Source: a plasmid. Taken from it: DNA of 64,000 nt. Below the pieces are notes generated by a model, which saw only the letters and a program-made list of their open reading frames with translations, did no database searches and had not been told where the DNA came from. The DNA is taken from the sequence record NZ_CP135254.1; one strand, written 5' to 3'. Position 1 is the stretch's first letter. Each line of letters starts with the position of its first letter. Shown here piece after piece: positions 16,996-28,256 of the stretch. Made by a program: the position numbers and the translations under genes.

Positions 16996-17421
16996 ATGAT
17001 GCAAACAGAACTTAATCCCCTGATCTGCTCCCTGGTCGCCACCCCTCGCCGTATGGCTGCAATGCCCCGCTATGTAGGCCGTTTCTATGTGGTTTTCGAG
17101 TCGATGCTTTACCAGCAAATGAAAGGGCTCTGCCGCGAGTATCGCGGGGCTTATTGGCTTATGTGGGAGCTGTCGAACGGCGGCTTTTATATGGCTCCTG
17201 GGCGTCGTGATGAAATGCTGAACATCGAGGCCATGAACTACTTTAGTGGCCAAATGAGCGCCGATGCTGCCGGGATTACCGCTTGCCTCTACCTCTATAG
17301 CCATCTGTCATTTCACACAGAAGGCGCTGACCAGGAGCGGTTTTCAAGGCTGTATCACAGCTTGCGGGATTGGGCTTGTGAGCATGACGAAAAAGAGGCC
17401 ATCTTGGCCGCAATAGACTAG
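16996..17421 (+). CDS. klcA: KlcA/ArdB-family antirestriction protein
   Basis: 141 aa (MMQTELNPLICSLVATPRRMAAMPRYVGRFYVVFESMLYQ...ILAAID) matching the KlcA family pattern. It sits at the typical position next to KPC islands. Confidence 0.65.
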   Translation: MMQTELNPLICSLVATPRRMAAMPRYVGRFYVVFESMLYQQMKGLCREYRGAYWLMWELSNGGFYMAPGRRDEMLNIEAMNYFSGQMSADAAGITACLYLYSHLSFHTEGADQERFSRLYHSLRDWACEHDEKEAILAAID

Positions 17422-17548
17422 CAACAGAAAGCCCCGGTGATGGCCGGGGCTCTTAAAGGAGGTGCATAGGTAGAAAAAGAAATGGTGCCCCTGGTATGGC
17501 TGCAACCAATCACAGGGGCTTTCACCGGTCAATTTGAGGATAAACGCG

Positions 17549-17704
17549 ATGAATACGGATATTGTATCACTTGCAAAACACATTGGCGACGCTCTGACGG
17601 CCCGCCGCCCCGTTCATATGCCGCGCATGAAGATGCGGGAGCTTGGCTTGCTCTTGATTGAACTGAAGGCGTATCGGGAGGCCGCCGCGACCGTTACCCA
17701 TTGA
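17549..17704 (+). CDS. Small 51-aa ORF (MNTDIVSLAKHIGDALTARRPVHMPRMKMRELGLLLIELKAYREAAATVTH)
   Basis: Not in the ORF track because it is under 60 aa. It has an ATG start and lies between klcA and the ISKpn6-like fragment. Function is unknown. Confidence 0.2.
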   Translation: MNTDIVSLAKHIGDALTARRPVHMPRMKMRELGLLLIELKAYREAAATVTH

Positions 17705-17734
17705 TAAAAAAGCCCCGGCATTGACCGGGGCTAT

Positions 17735-19031
17735 TTGAGGATTTATCGCATGATTAGACCTGAAACGCTTAGGCCGTTCGCTGAAGATTGGCAGGCTCCA
17801 ACCGCCGATGAAATCAAAGAGGTGTTGGAGCTGATTAGGCAACGAAAAGGGCTTAGTAAGCCTCTCAGTGGCGTTGATGTCGCTGATCTCGTTGGTTTGC
17901 CTGGTGAGAGAGGCAGCGGAAAGGGAACCCGAACCTTCAGGCGTTGGGTGAGCAAAACCAACCCTAGCCCTATTGCTTATGGTGCCTGGTCTATCTTGGC
18001 CCACCTGGCAGGTTTCGGGGCTATATGGGACGCTGACCGGGATTGAAACCATGACCGAACATAAGGCCGAACGTGCTCCCTGGGGAGACTTCCCGGCAGT
18101 AGTGAGGAACGGCGATCTAAAGGATCTCTCTAAAGAACCTGAATACGAAGCCGCCAAACATGGCGACCACAAGGCGATGAGCTATAAGCGCATGAAGCCG
18201 GCCGAGGACGAATTGCATTGCGAGATCAAGGCGCTGCTTGATCGCGCCAAGGCTACCGACGACCAGGAGCGTAACGAGCCGGAGCTGGACATTCCTGCCG
18301 AGATTTCTCGCCGCGAGAAGCGCCTGGAGGCGATCCAGGCGGCAAAGGCGCGCCTGGAAGCGCGCCAGCGTGAAGCGGACCAGGCCCGGGGGCGCAGCGA
18401 AGACGATGGCCGCCGGCCTCGCCATCCGGATGGCTCGGACAAGGGCGGTGGCTCGTACAAACGCGAGTTTGGTGTGCCGGATGACCGTGATCAGGAAAGC
18501 TTCACCGATCCGGACAGCCGGATCATGAAACACGCCGGTGGTGGCTCCGAGCAGAGCTACAACGGGTACACAGCGGTCGATGCCGAGCACCAGATCATCG
18601 TGGCGGCGGAGTTGACCAACTGCGCCGCGGACAGTCAGGCGCTGCTGGGCATGCTGGCAGCAGTTCAGGCCAACACCGGAGAAATGCCGGCCCAGACGCT
18701 GGCGGATGCGGGATTCCGTAGTGAGGCTGTTCTGGCAAAGGTCGCCGATCACCACGGCGATGTCATCGTTGCCCTCGGCCGCGAGGGACGTGAAGATGCC
18801 AAGGTCAATGCCAAGACCCATCCGCATACGGCGGCGATTGCGGCGAAATTGAAAACGGAGCAAGGCGATGCAGCTTACCGCCGGCGCAAGTCGATCGTGG
18901 AGGCTCCGAATGGTTGGATCAAGGCGGTGATGGGATTGCGTCAGTTCAGCATGAGGGGCCTGGACAAGGTGCAAGCCGAGTGGAAGCTCGTCTGCATGGC
19001 GCTAAATCTGAGGCGAATGGCGTATCTGTGA
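17735..19031 (+). mobile_element. tnpA: ISKpn6-like (IS1182-family) transposase region, split into two overlapping ORFs (17735-18046 and 17973-19031); a delta-ISKpn6 remnant
   Basis: The 352-aa ORF has IS1182-family features and converges on blaKPC as in Tn4401 and NTEKPC. The two ORFs together span about 427 codons against about 439 for intact ISKpn6 TnpA, which suggests a frameshift or truncation. The IS ends were not located. Confidence 0.5.
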
Positions 19032-19280
19032 GGGCGAAGGTTAAATGGGGCGGCTCAAATGCACCCCAGTCGTCATAACACGCCGCGCGCCGCAAGATTG
19101 GTATCCTTGGCGCCGACGCCTTGCCAATTGCAGAGAGCGCCGCCGCCATCGTCAGTGCTCTACAGAAAACCGGTCACACGGCTCTGCCGCGCAGACTCCT
19201 AGCCTAAATGTGACAGTGGTTGGTAATCCATGCCGCCCGCAAGGGCGGCGGTGGTGGGCCAATAGATGATTTTCAGAGCC

Positions 19281-20162
19281 TTACTGCCCGTTGACGCCCA
19301 ATCCCTCGAGCGCGAGTCTAGCCGCAGCGGCGATGACGGCCTCGCTGTGCTTGTCATCCTTGTTAGGCGCCCGGGTGTAGACGGCCAACACAATAGGTGC
19401 GCGCCCAGTGGGCCAGACGACGGCATAGTCATTTGCCGTGCCATACACTCCGCAGGTTCCGGTTTTGTCTCCGACTGCCCAGTCTGCCGGCACCGCCGCG
19501 CGGATGCGGTGGTTGCCGGTCGTGTTTCCCTTTAGCCAATCAACAAACTGCTGCCGCTGCGGCGCAGCCAGTGCAGAGCCCAGTGTCAGTTTTTGTAAGC
19601 TTTCCGTCACGGCGCGCGGCGATGAGGTATCGCGCGCATCGCCTGGGATGGCGGAGTTCAGCTCCAGCTCCCAGCGGTCCAGACGGAACGTGGTATCGCC
19701 GATAGAGCGCATGAAGGCCGTCAGCCCGGCCGGGCCGCCCAACTCCTTCAGCAACAAATTGGCGGCGGCGTTATCACTGTATTGCACGGCGGCCGCGGAC
19801 AGCTCCGCCACCGTCATGCCTGTTGTCAGATATTTTTCCGAGATGGGTGACCACGGAACCAGCGCATTTTTGCCGTAACGGATGGGTGTGTCCAGCAAGC
19901 CGGCCTGCTGCTGGCTGCGAGCCAGCACAGCGGCAGCAAGAAAGCCCTTGAATGAGCTGCACAGTGGGAAGCGCTCCTCAGCGCGGTAACTTACAGTTGC
20001 GCCTGAGCCGGTATCCATCGCGTACACACCGATGGAGCCGCCAAAGTCCTGTTCGAGTTTAGCGAATGGTTCCGCGACGAGGTTGGTCAGCGCGGTGGCA
20101 GAAAAGCCAGCCAGCGGCCATGAGAGACAAGACAGCAGAACTAGACGGCGATACAGTGACAT
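19281..20162 (-). CDS. blaKPC-2: Class A carbapenemase KPC, with a KPC-2-type residue at position 272 (His)
   Basis: The translation matches KPC along its full length ([33 protein letters not shown]...[27 protein letters not shown]). His272 excludes KPC-3. The listed ORF begins one ATG upstream; the true start is the second Met. Confidence 0.93.
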
Positions 20163-20236
20163 CAACGATATTCCTTGTTTGAAGGTGGAGCTAGGTGTAG
20201 CGGCCGGATGTAATCAGGCCGCTACAGCTGGGATTA

Positions 20237-20274
20237 GGGGTCTGACGCTCAGTGGAACGAAAACTCACGTTAAG
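20237..20274 (+). repeat. Tn3 38-bp terminal inverted repeat (bla-side end)
   Basis: Exact Tn3 IR sequence. Confidence 0.85.
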
Positions 20275-20436
20275 AAGTCATTTTTCAATATTATTGAAGC
20301 ATTTATCAGGGTTATTGTCTCATGAGCGGATACATATTTGAATGTATTTAGAAAAATAAACAAATAGGGGTTCCGCGCACATTTCCCCGAAAAGTGCCAC
20401 CTGACGTCTAAGAAACCATTATTATCATGACATTAA
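20275..20436 (-). other. Remnant of the blaTEM upstream/promoter region, with the bla coding sequence deleted
   Basis: The minus strand reads gacgtcaggtggcacttttcggggaaatgtgcgcggaacccctatttgtttatttttctaaatacattcaaatatgtatccgctcatgagacaataaccctgataaatgcttcaataatattgaaaaa (the Tn3/pBR322 bla promoter region) joined directly to the IR. Confidence 0.6.
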
Positions 20437-20437
20437 C

Positions 20438-21418
20438 CTATATGTCAAGACCCGGCTGGTTATACACGCGTTTCCTGAACAATTCAGGGCGTTTTTCATG
20501 CCATTCCTTGAGCGCCTGAACGGGTGTTTTGTGTTGGAGCGCGCGTTGCGGAATGCTGTGGTTGTAGATCTTGACGTAATTGCGCAGCGTCGATTCCAGT
20601 TCGGCAGCTGAACCAAAACGGGTCTGGTTGACGATGTCGCTGATACGACCGTTGAAGCGCTCCACCATGCCGTTGGTCTGCGGATGACGAGGCGGGATGA
20701 GCCGGTGCTCGATGCCGAGCTGCTTGCACAGGCGGTCGAACACGTGTGTGCCGCTGGGTTCCTTCTTCTTGCCGCCAGCCGTGAAGCGGTCGGTGAACTG
20801 GCTGCCGTTGTCGGTCAGAAGCTTGACGATCTTGACGGGACAGGCTTGCTGGACTTTGTTGAGGAAGTCGCCACTGCTGCCATCGGTCTGGTCGGCATAG
20901 AGCTCGATGAAGACCCAGCGCGTAGCACGGTCGATGGCAACGAAGAGATAGCGCCTTGCCGTCTCGTCGGGCATCTGCGGCAGGTACTTGATGTCGATGT
21001 GCACAAAGCCCGGCTCGTAGTCCTTGAAGGTCTTTTTCGTGGCGGGCGCAGTGCCTTCCTGCTCGACCAGGTTACGTAGATCCGAGACACCGTGGCGGCG
21101 CAGGCAACGTCCCAGGCCGGCACGCGAGACGGCTGGATTGATGAACTCGCGCGTGACCGCCAGCAGGTCGTCCGTGGGCAGCAGCAACGTCTTGCGCAGC
21201 TCCACCACGATGAGCTCCTGCTCGGGCGTGAGCGTCGTGTACATCTTGTTCGGCGCATGCGACTTGTCTTCAGGAGACTCGCGGTTTTGCCACTTTCGGA
21301 TGGTTTGGCGGGTGACGTTGTACATCCTGGCCAGTTCGGCCTGCGGGAGCGTCGAGTTCCTGATTTCCTCACGGATCAGGTGGGTAGTACGGGCTTGGCT
21401 GTGCAGTGCCTGGGTCAT
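20438..21418 (-). CDS. tnpA: IS481-family transposase (ISKpn27-like)
   Basis: 326-aa ORF containing a DDE integrase core. Its stop codon lies in the flanking target duplication. Confidence 0.7.
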   Translation of the reverse strand: MTQALHSQARTTHLIREEIRNSTLPQAELARMYNVTRQTIRKWQNRESPEDKSHAPNKMYTTLTPEQELIVVELRKTLLLPTDDLLAVTREFINPAVSRAGLGRCLRRHGVSDLRNLVEQEGTAPATKKTFKDYEPGFVHIDIKYLPQMPDETARRYLFVAIDRATRWVFIELYADQTDGSSGDFLNKVQQACPVKIVKLLTDNGSQFTDRFTAGGKKKEPSGTHVFDRLCKQLGIEHRLIPPRHPQTNGMVERFNGRISDIVNQTRFGSAAELESTLRNYVKIYNHSIPQRALQHKTPVQALKEWHEKRPELFRKRVYNQPGLDI

Positions 21419-21522
21419 CGAGTTGCCAGTGAAGAGTCGGATTGGAACAGTGTACGCAAAACGTGTCTGGCCTTGAAGAGCGGCCAGCTACGCATGGGTA
21501 CATGATCCCACGAGTCCAGACA
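20443..21522 (-). mobile_element. IS481-family insertion sequence (ISKpn27-like), 1080 bp, with a 6-bp target duplication CCTATA
   Basis: The ends TGTCAAGACCCGGCTGG and TGTCTGGACTCGTGGG read inward. CCTATA is duplicated at 20437-20442 and 21523-21528. The element is inserted just downstream of the tnpR stop, within Tn3. Confidence 0.75.
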
Positions 21523-21540
21523 CCTATAAAAATAGGCGTA

Positions 21541-22260
<720 letters not shown>

Positions 22261-25200
22261 ATGCCCGTTGACTTTCTGACCACTGAGCAGACTGAAAGCT
22301 ATGGCAGATTCACCGGTGAACCGGATGAGCTTCAGCTGGCACGATATTTTCACCTTGATGAAGCAGACAAGGAATTTATCGGAAAAAGCAGAGGTGATCA
22401 CAACCGTCTGGGCATTGCCCTGCAAATTGGATGTGTCCGTTTTCTGGGCACCTTCCTCACCGATATGAATCATATTCCTTCCGGCGTCCGGCATTTTACC
22501 GCCAGACAGCTCGGGATTCGTGATATCACCGTTCTTGCAGAATACGGTCAGAGGGAAAATACCCGCCGTGAGCATGCAGCGCTGATACGTCAGCACTATC
22601 AGTATCGTGAATTTGCCTGGCCCTGGACATTTCGCCTTACCCGTCTTTTATATACCCGGAGCTGGATAAGCAACGAACGTCCTGGCCTGCTTTTCGATCT
22701 GGCGACAGGGTGGCTTATGCAACATCGTATTATTCTCCCCGGAGCCACTACGCTGACCCGGTTGATTTCAGAGGTAAGGGAAAAGGCGACGTTGCGCCTG
22801 TGGAACAAACTGGCACTGATACCGTCAGCCGAACAGCGTTCACAGCTGGAGATGCTGCTGGGGCCAACTGATTGCAGCCGCCTGTCTTTACTGGAATCAC
22901 TGAAAAAGGGCCCTGTGACCATCAGTGGTCCGGCGTTTAATGAAGCAATTGAACGCTGGAAAACTCTGAACGATTTTGGCCTGCATGCTGAAAACCTGAG
23001 TACACTCCCGGCTGTGCGCCTGAAAAATCTCGCACGTTATGCTGGTATGACTTCGGTGTTCAATATTGCCAGGATGTCACCGCAGAAAAGGATGGCGGTT
23101 CTGGTTGCCTTTGTCCTTGCATGGGAAACGCTGGCGCTGGATGATGCATTGGACGTTCTGGACGCCATGCTGGCCGTTATCATCCGTGACGCCAGAAAGA
23201 TTGGGCAGAAAAAACGGCTCCGCTCGCTGAAGGATCTGGATAAATCTGCATTGGCGCTCGCCAGCGCATGTTCGTACCTGCTGAAAGAAGAAACACCGGA
23301 CGAATCGATTCGTGCTGAGGTGTTCAGCTACATCCCAAGGCAAAAGCTGGCTGAAATCATCACGCTTGTCCGTGAAATTGCCCGGCCCTCAGACGATAAT
23401 TTTCATGAAGAAATGGTGGAGCAGTACGGGCGCGTTCGTCGTTTCCTGCCCCATCTGCTGAATACCGTTAAATTTTCATCCGCACCTGCCGGGGTTACCA
23501 CTCTGAATGCCTGTGACTACCTCAGCCGGGAGTTCAGCTCACGGCGGCAGTTTTTTGACGACGCACCAACGGAAATTATCAGTCGGTCATGGAAACGGCT
23601 GGTGATTAACAAGGAAAAACATATCACCCGCAGGGGATACACGCTCTGCTTTCTCAGTAAACTGCAGGATAGTCTGAGGCGGAGGGATGTCTACGTTACC
23701 GGCAGTAACCGGTGGGGAGATCCTCGTGCAAGATTACTACAGGGTGCTGACTGGCAGGCAAACCGGATTAAGGTTTATCGTTCTTTGGGGCACCCGACAG
23801 ACCCGCAGGAAGCAATAAAATCTCTGGGTCATCAGCTTGATAGTCGTTACAGACAGGTTGCTGCACGTCTTTGCGAAAATGAGGCTGTCGAACTCGATGT
23901 TTCTGGCCCGAAGCCCCGGTTGACAATTTCTCCCCTCGCCAGTCTTGATGAGCCGGACAGTCTGAAACGACTGAGCAAAATGATCAGTGATCTACTCCCT
24001 CCGGTGGATTTAACGGAGTTGCTGCTCGAAATTAACGCCCATACCGGATTTGCTGATGAGTTTTTCCATGCTAGTGAAGCCAGTGCCAGAGTTGATGATC
24101 TGCCCGTCAGCATCAGCGCCGTGCTGATGGCTGAAGCCTGCAATATCGGTCTGGAACCACTGATCAGATCAAATGTTCCTGCACTGACCCGACACCGGCT
24201 GAACTGGACAAAAGCGAACTATCTGCGGGCTGAAACTATCACCAGCGCTAATGCCAGACTGGTTGATTTTCAGGCAACGCTGCCACTGGCACAGATATGG
24301 GGTGGAGGAGAAGTGGCATCTGCAGATGGAATGCGCTTTGTTACGCCAGTCAGAACAATCAATGCCGGACCGAACCGCAAATACTTTGGTAATAACAGAG
24401 GGATCACCTGGTACAACTTTGTGTCCGATCAGTATTCCGGCTTTCATGGCATCGTTATACCGGGGACGCTGAGGGACTCTATCTTTGTGCTGGAAGGTCT
24501 TCTGGAACAGGAGACCGGGCTGAATCCAACCGAAATTATGACCGATACAGCAGGTGCCAGCGAACTTGTCTTTGGCCTTTTCTGGCTGCTGGGATACCAG
24601 TTTTCTCCACGCCTGGCTGATGCCGGTGCTTCGGTTTTCTGGCGAATGGACCATGATGCCGACTATGGCGTGCTGAATGATATTGCCAGAGGGCAATCAG
24701 ATCCCCGAAAAATAGTCCTTCAGTGGGACGAAATGATCCGGACCGCTGGCTCCCTGAAGCTGGGCAAAGTACAGGTTTCAGTGCTGGTCCGTTCATTGCT
24801 GAAAAGTGAACGTCCTTCCGGACTGACTCAGGCAATCATTGAAGTGGGGCGCATCAACAAAACGCTGTATCTGCTTAATTATATTGATGATGAAGATTAC
24901 CGCCGGCGCATTCTGACCCAGCTTAATCGGGGAGAAAGTCGCCATGCCGTTGCCAGAGCCATCTGTCACGGTCAAAAAGGTGAGATAAGAAAACGATATA
25001 CCGACGGTCAGGAAGATCAACTGGGCACACTGGGGCTGGTCACTAACGCCGTCGTGTTATGGAACACTATTTATATGCAGGCAGCCCTGGATCATCTCCG
25101 GGCGCAGGGTGAAACACTGAATGATGAAGATATCGCACGCCTCTCCCCGCTTTGCCACGGACATATCAATATGCTCGGCCATTATTCCTTCACGCTGGCA

Positions 25201-25266
25201 GAACTGGTGACCAAAGGACATCTGAGACCATTAAAAGAGGCGTCAGAGGCAGAAAACGTTGCTTAA
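22261..25266 (+). CDS. tnpA: Tn3 transposase TnpA
   Basis: 1001-aa ORF starting MPVDFLTTEQTESYGRFTGEPDELQLARYFHLDEADKEF, the Tn3 TnpA N-terminus. The stop lies inside the terminal IR. Confidence 0.9.
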   Translation: MPVDFLTTEQTESYGRFTGEPDELQLARYFHLDEADKEFIGKSRGDHNRLGIALQIGCVRFLGTFLTDMNHIPSGVRHFTARQLGIRDITVLAEYGQRENTRREHAALIRQHYQYREFAWPWTFRLTRLLYTRSWISNERPGLLFDLATGWLMQHRIILPGATTLTRLISEVREKATLRLWNKLALIPSAEQRSQLEMLLGPTDCSRLSLLESLKKGPVTISGPAFNEAIERWKTLNDFGLHAENLSTLPAVRLKNLARYAGMTSVFNIARMSPQKRMAVLVAFVLAWETLALDDALDVLDAMLAVIIRDARKIGQKKRLRSLKDLDKSALALASACSYLLKEETPDESIRAEVFSYIPRQKLAEIITLVREIARPSDDNFHEEMVEQYGRVRRFLPHLLNTVKFSSAPAGVTTLNACDYLSREFSSRRQFFDDAPTEIISRSWKRLVINKEKHITRRGYTLCFLSKLQDSLRRRDVYVTGSNRWGDPRARLLQGADWQANRIKVYRSLGHPTDPQEAIKSLGHQLDSRYRQVAARLCENEAVELDVSGPKPRLTISPLASLDEPDSLKRLSKMISDLLPPVDLTELLLEINAHTGFADEFFHASEASARVDDLPVSISAVLMAEACNIGLEPLIRSNVPALTRHRLNWTKANYLRAETITSANARLVDFQATLPLAQIWGGGEVASADGMRFVTPVRTINAGPNRKYFGNNRGITWYNFVSDQYSGFHGIVIPGTLRDSIFVLEGLLEQETGLNPTEIMTDTAGASELVFGLFWLLGYQFSPRLADAGASVFWRMDHDADYGVLNDIARGQSDPRKIVLQWDEMIRTAGSLKLGKVQVSVLVRSLLKSERPSGLTQAIIEVGRINKTLYLLNYIDDEDYRRRILTQLNRGESRHAVARAICHGQKGEIRKRYTDGQEDQLGTLGLVTNAVVLWNTIYMQAALDHLRAQGETLNDEDIARLSPLCHGHINMLGHYSFTLAELVTKGHLRPLKEASEAENVA

Positions 25267-25299
25267 CGTGAGTTTTCGTTCCACTGAGCGTCAGACCCC
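25262..25299 (-). repeat. Tn3 38-bp terminal inverted repeat (tnpA-side end)
   Basis: Reverse complement of the Tn3 IR. Confidence 0.85.
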
Positions 25300-25305
25300 T
25301 TATCC

Positions 25306-25654
25306 CGAAGAGCTGTCCGTCGCCGGTAGCTATATTGAGGGCGCCACAAAATCCATCACCATCAACGCGTATGAACGCGACCCGGCCGCACGGCGGGCCT
25401 GTATCGCGTATCATGGTGCCGTCTGTCAGTGCTGCGGATTCGATTTTGAGAAAACCTGGGGTGAGCACGGGAAAGGATTTATCCACGTTCATCATATCCG
25501 GCCGCTGAGAACACTCGGACCTGACTATCAGATTGACCCGGTCAACGAGCTGGTCCCGTTGTGCCCGAACTGCCATGCCATGATTCATCGGGGCAATGAG
25601 GCAAAGCCGTTGTCCGTTGAGGAATTACGCGCCATGATGAGGCCCTCCGGCTGA
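25306..25654 (+). pseudogene. HNH endonuclease gene, 5'-truncated by the Tn3 insertion
   Basis: The reading frame continues out of the Tn3 IR into an HNH domain (CQCCGFDF...HVHHIRPL...LCPNCHAMIH). There is no independent start upstream, because the listed ORF begins inside the IR. Confidence 0.45.
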
Positions 25655-25691
25655 ATGCCGGCATTTGAAATACTGTTAACCGGAGCTCTGC

Positions 25692-25970
25692 ATGCGCGTT
25701 GCTGAACATATCATCCTCGATGCCCTCACTCGCGGAGGATGCATCAAAACCTTCTGGCGTATATCGTCACGACAGGCCGCTGAATCGTCAGCACGGATAC
25801 CCGAGGGGTATATTCTGGAGTCACCCGGGGAGCGGGAAGATATCGTGCTCAGTCATGCAGACTTTCATGCGCTGGAGAAGCAGCTGGAGCAGAAGGAAAC
25901 GTGGGAGCAGGTGGTCGGCGTGACCTGTTTTGGTGGGGTAACCTGGCAGCTGAGAGCCGGGTCCGTGTGA
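25692..25970 (+). CDS. Hypothetical 92-aa protein
   Basis: ORF only. A degenerate copy of its 3' end occurs at about 36560-36680. Confidence 0.3.
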   Translation: MRVAEHIILDALTRGGCIKTFWRISSRQAAESSARIPEGYILESPGEREDIVLSHADFHALEKQLEQKETWEQVVGVTCFGGVTWQLRAGSV

Positions 25971-26286
25971 TGAGTGGCTGAATTGCTGAAATAATTCTTT
26001 TATTTCAGCAGTGGCATTCCTGCAGTCCACGACTACAGTCTTCTCACCGGATGCATTGTGTCTGTCCCACACTCCGGGGATTTGCTCCCTTTGACGAACC
26101 ACAATTGTGTCCGGCCAGCCTTTCACGCTGGCTTTTTTTATGCAATCAGGCACGGTCCCTTCAGAACGCTGTATGGCGCGCCAGTCCCTCCCGTAATGAC
26201 AGTCAGGCCTGTCTTTTGAACAGGCTTACCTGTCATAATTGTCACTATATTGACTGACCACTATAAGACCAAAGGGAGTGAGTCCG

Positions 26287-26899
26287 CGTGGCGCTGACAC
26301 ACAAAACAGGGCATCTGGCATGGTGCGCACTTGTCGCGCTGGCACTGGCCAGAAAGGAGCAGGGAGAGCTGTCTCCTGCACAGGAAAACCTTTTTCTCAC
26401 CCGCTGGCTGGCGACAGCGCTGAAACAGCGGCGATTTCCGCGCGATGTTACACCCGATATCGAATGGTTACTGAATCAGGGGCGTTTGCTGGGTGTGAGA
26501 GCAAAACTGGCCGACAAACTGGACTATGTCTGGCGCTCCTGCAGCGGCGAGCTGACTGAACAGAACGACATGTTCCGGCTGACGTATGCGCTGGAAACAG
26601 CGAAAGACATGGGCTGGAATTACCGCGTAATGAGCGACAGAGAATGGGCCGGGCGATATGCCTTGGTACTCAATCCTGGAGTAAACGGCGTTTATCTCTT
26701 ACGGACAAACCTCGATGCCGCTTTTGACGACAATGGCCAGCAGACAAATCCGCTGACAGCACGTCTGACAGGGAGCGTAGCAGGGGTAATGAAGCTGTTA
26801 AATCGCTGTGGCTGGCAGGCAGAGCCTGAGTCTGGTGCCTCCCTGCCCCACCAGTATTCACTGATGGCCGGACAGGGAGTGCCAGGAAAGGGGGATTAG
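26287..26899 (+). CDS. Hypothetical protein (about 204 aa, GTG start)
   Basis: An RBS-like aagggag lies 8 nt before the GTG. No recognisable domain. Confidence 0.35.
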
Positions 26900-27849
26900 T
26901 GGCGGATCTGCGCCAGGTCTTCTTCCGTCAGACCGGTCACTTTCATGACAGTATTGCGGTCAATGCCGTTCTGCAGCATGGTACGGGCAATTTTAAGAGT
27001 AGCTTCGCGCTCGCCTTTTTCAATACCACGTTGTTCACCCAGCTGGATGCCCTGCTCGATCCCCTGCTGGATACCCTTCTCAATACCTTTTTGCTCGAGC
27101 TGTTGTGCGATCGTCATGAGGGCGTCTCCGTGTTGCGGCACACGCTGTGCCAGTTCGCGTACAAAGGCTTCGGCGTCCGATGTTTCACCTGCCTGCACGA
27201 TATAGTGTACCAGCGATACTACCTGTGATGAAGACAGATATCCGGCCAGCAAAATGGGCGCCAGGCGGTCAACCAGTTCAGCGAGATCGCGCTGATGAAT
27301 ATGTTTCTGCAGCAAGGTCAGGGCAGCCATACTGCGATGCCCGGCGATTTCATCATCCGGAATGACCGTGACGTCTACCAGCGGGAAAGCGCTGCTGTAG
27401 AGTGTTCCGGCCAGAATCGGGTCGTCAAACTCATCCAGCCAGCGGGTGGAGTACGGATACGGGCTGCGTTTACCGGTATAGAAAAGGACCGGTATCACCA
27501 GTGGCAGCTTCTTATGGCCAGCTTCCAGGTGTCGCTGCATGGCGGCCACCGCATAGCGTATCAGGCGAAAAGCCATATGTTTGTCGGGTGAGGACTGATG
27601 CTCAATGAGCACGTGAACGTAGCCATCCCCGGCGGTAGTTTTCAGGCTGTAGAGAACGTCGCTGAAATACTGGCGGAGATCATCCTCAATAAACGAGCCG
27701 GATTCCAGTTTCAGTGTGCTGAGGTCGCAGATGGCCTGCAGCTCTGCCGGGAGGTGCAGCTCCATGAAATCCCGGGCAATATCCGGTTGCGTCAGAAACT
27801 GCCTGAACGTAGCATCGTGAGGAGTGGGTGTGCTGTTTTTCTTCTTCAT
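26896..27849 (-). CDS. rpn: Rpn-family (YhgA-like, PDDEXK_7/Transposase_31) recombination-promoting nuclease
   Basis: 317-aa protein from the MKKKNSTPTPHDATFRQF start, with the typical Rpn N-terminal nuclease region and a C-terminal repeat (GIEKGIQQGIEQGIQLGEQRGIEKGE). Confidence 0.6.
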   Translation of the reverse strand: MKKKNSTPTPHDATFRQFLTQPDIARDFMELHLPAELQAICDLSTLKLESGSFIEDDLRQYFSDVLYSLKTTAGDGYVHVLIEHQSSPDKHMAFRLIRYAVAAMQRHLEAGHKKLPLVIPVLFYTGKRSPYPYSTRWLDEFDDPILAGTLYSSAFPLVDVTVIPDDEIAGHRSMAALTLLQKHIHQRDLAELVDRLAPILLAGYLSSSQVVSLVHYIVQAGETSDAEAFVRELAQRVPQHGDALMTIAQQLEQKGIEKGIQQGIEQGIQLGEQRGIEKGEREATLKIARTMLQNGIDRNTVMKVTGLTEEDLAQIRH

Positions 27850-27973
27850 CAGCCCTGGCTCTGAAAATTGACCCGGATATGCTATCACAGGCACGAGCGG
27901 CACATAATGGCCTGGCGGATGATGATGTTTTTCTTTCCTGTAAGGCCGCTCAGTCAGTCTTCTCGCATATCAA

Positions 27974-28237
27974 TCATTCAGGGATGCCGGACAACTCACG
28001 TTTGCGAACAGAGCGATCATAATCTTCGGCTTTCACGAAAATCCTGATATTCGAACAAATTAATTCATTCATTCCATCTTTACTGTCCGTTTTCACACAC
28101 AATCCAGCCCAGAAGGGACCATTTGCAATGGCAGGATCTGTTGTGTCCGAAACGGAGTCGTAGAGTCGCGTTCCCAGAATAGTGAGTCCTGCAACGATTA
28201 CCGTATAAATTACCAGGGGTATCTTTTTTGTTTTCAT
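27974..28237 (-). CDS. Small secreted or membrane-anchored protein (87 aa) with a signal-peptide-like N-terminus
   Basis: MKTKKIPLVIYTVIVAGLTILG hydrophobic N-terminus. It is transcribed downstream of the resolvase gene. Confidence 0.3.
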   Translation of the reverse strand: MKTKKIPLVIYTVIVAGLTILGTRLYDSVSDTTDPAIANGPFWAGLCVKTDSKDGMNELICSNIRIFVKAEDYDRSVRKRELSGIPE

Positions 28238-28256
28238 CTTACTTCCTTTGTAAACG

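Noticed and set aside
19281-20165. KPC-3 rather than KPC-2
   Set aside because: Residue 272 is His (…[10 protein letters not shown]…) and KPC-3 has Tyr. Other minor variants cannot be excluded without an allele database.
20275-20436. Possible blaTEM gene next to blaKPC
   Set aside because: Only the bla promoter/leader is present. It is joined directly to the Tn3 IR, and no TEM coding sequence ([23 protein letters not shown]...) occurs anywhere in the window.
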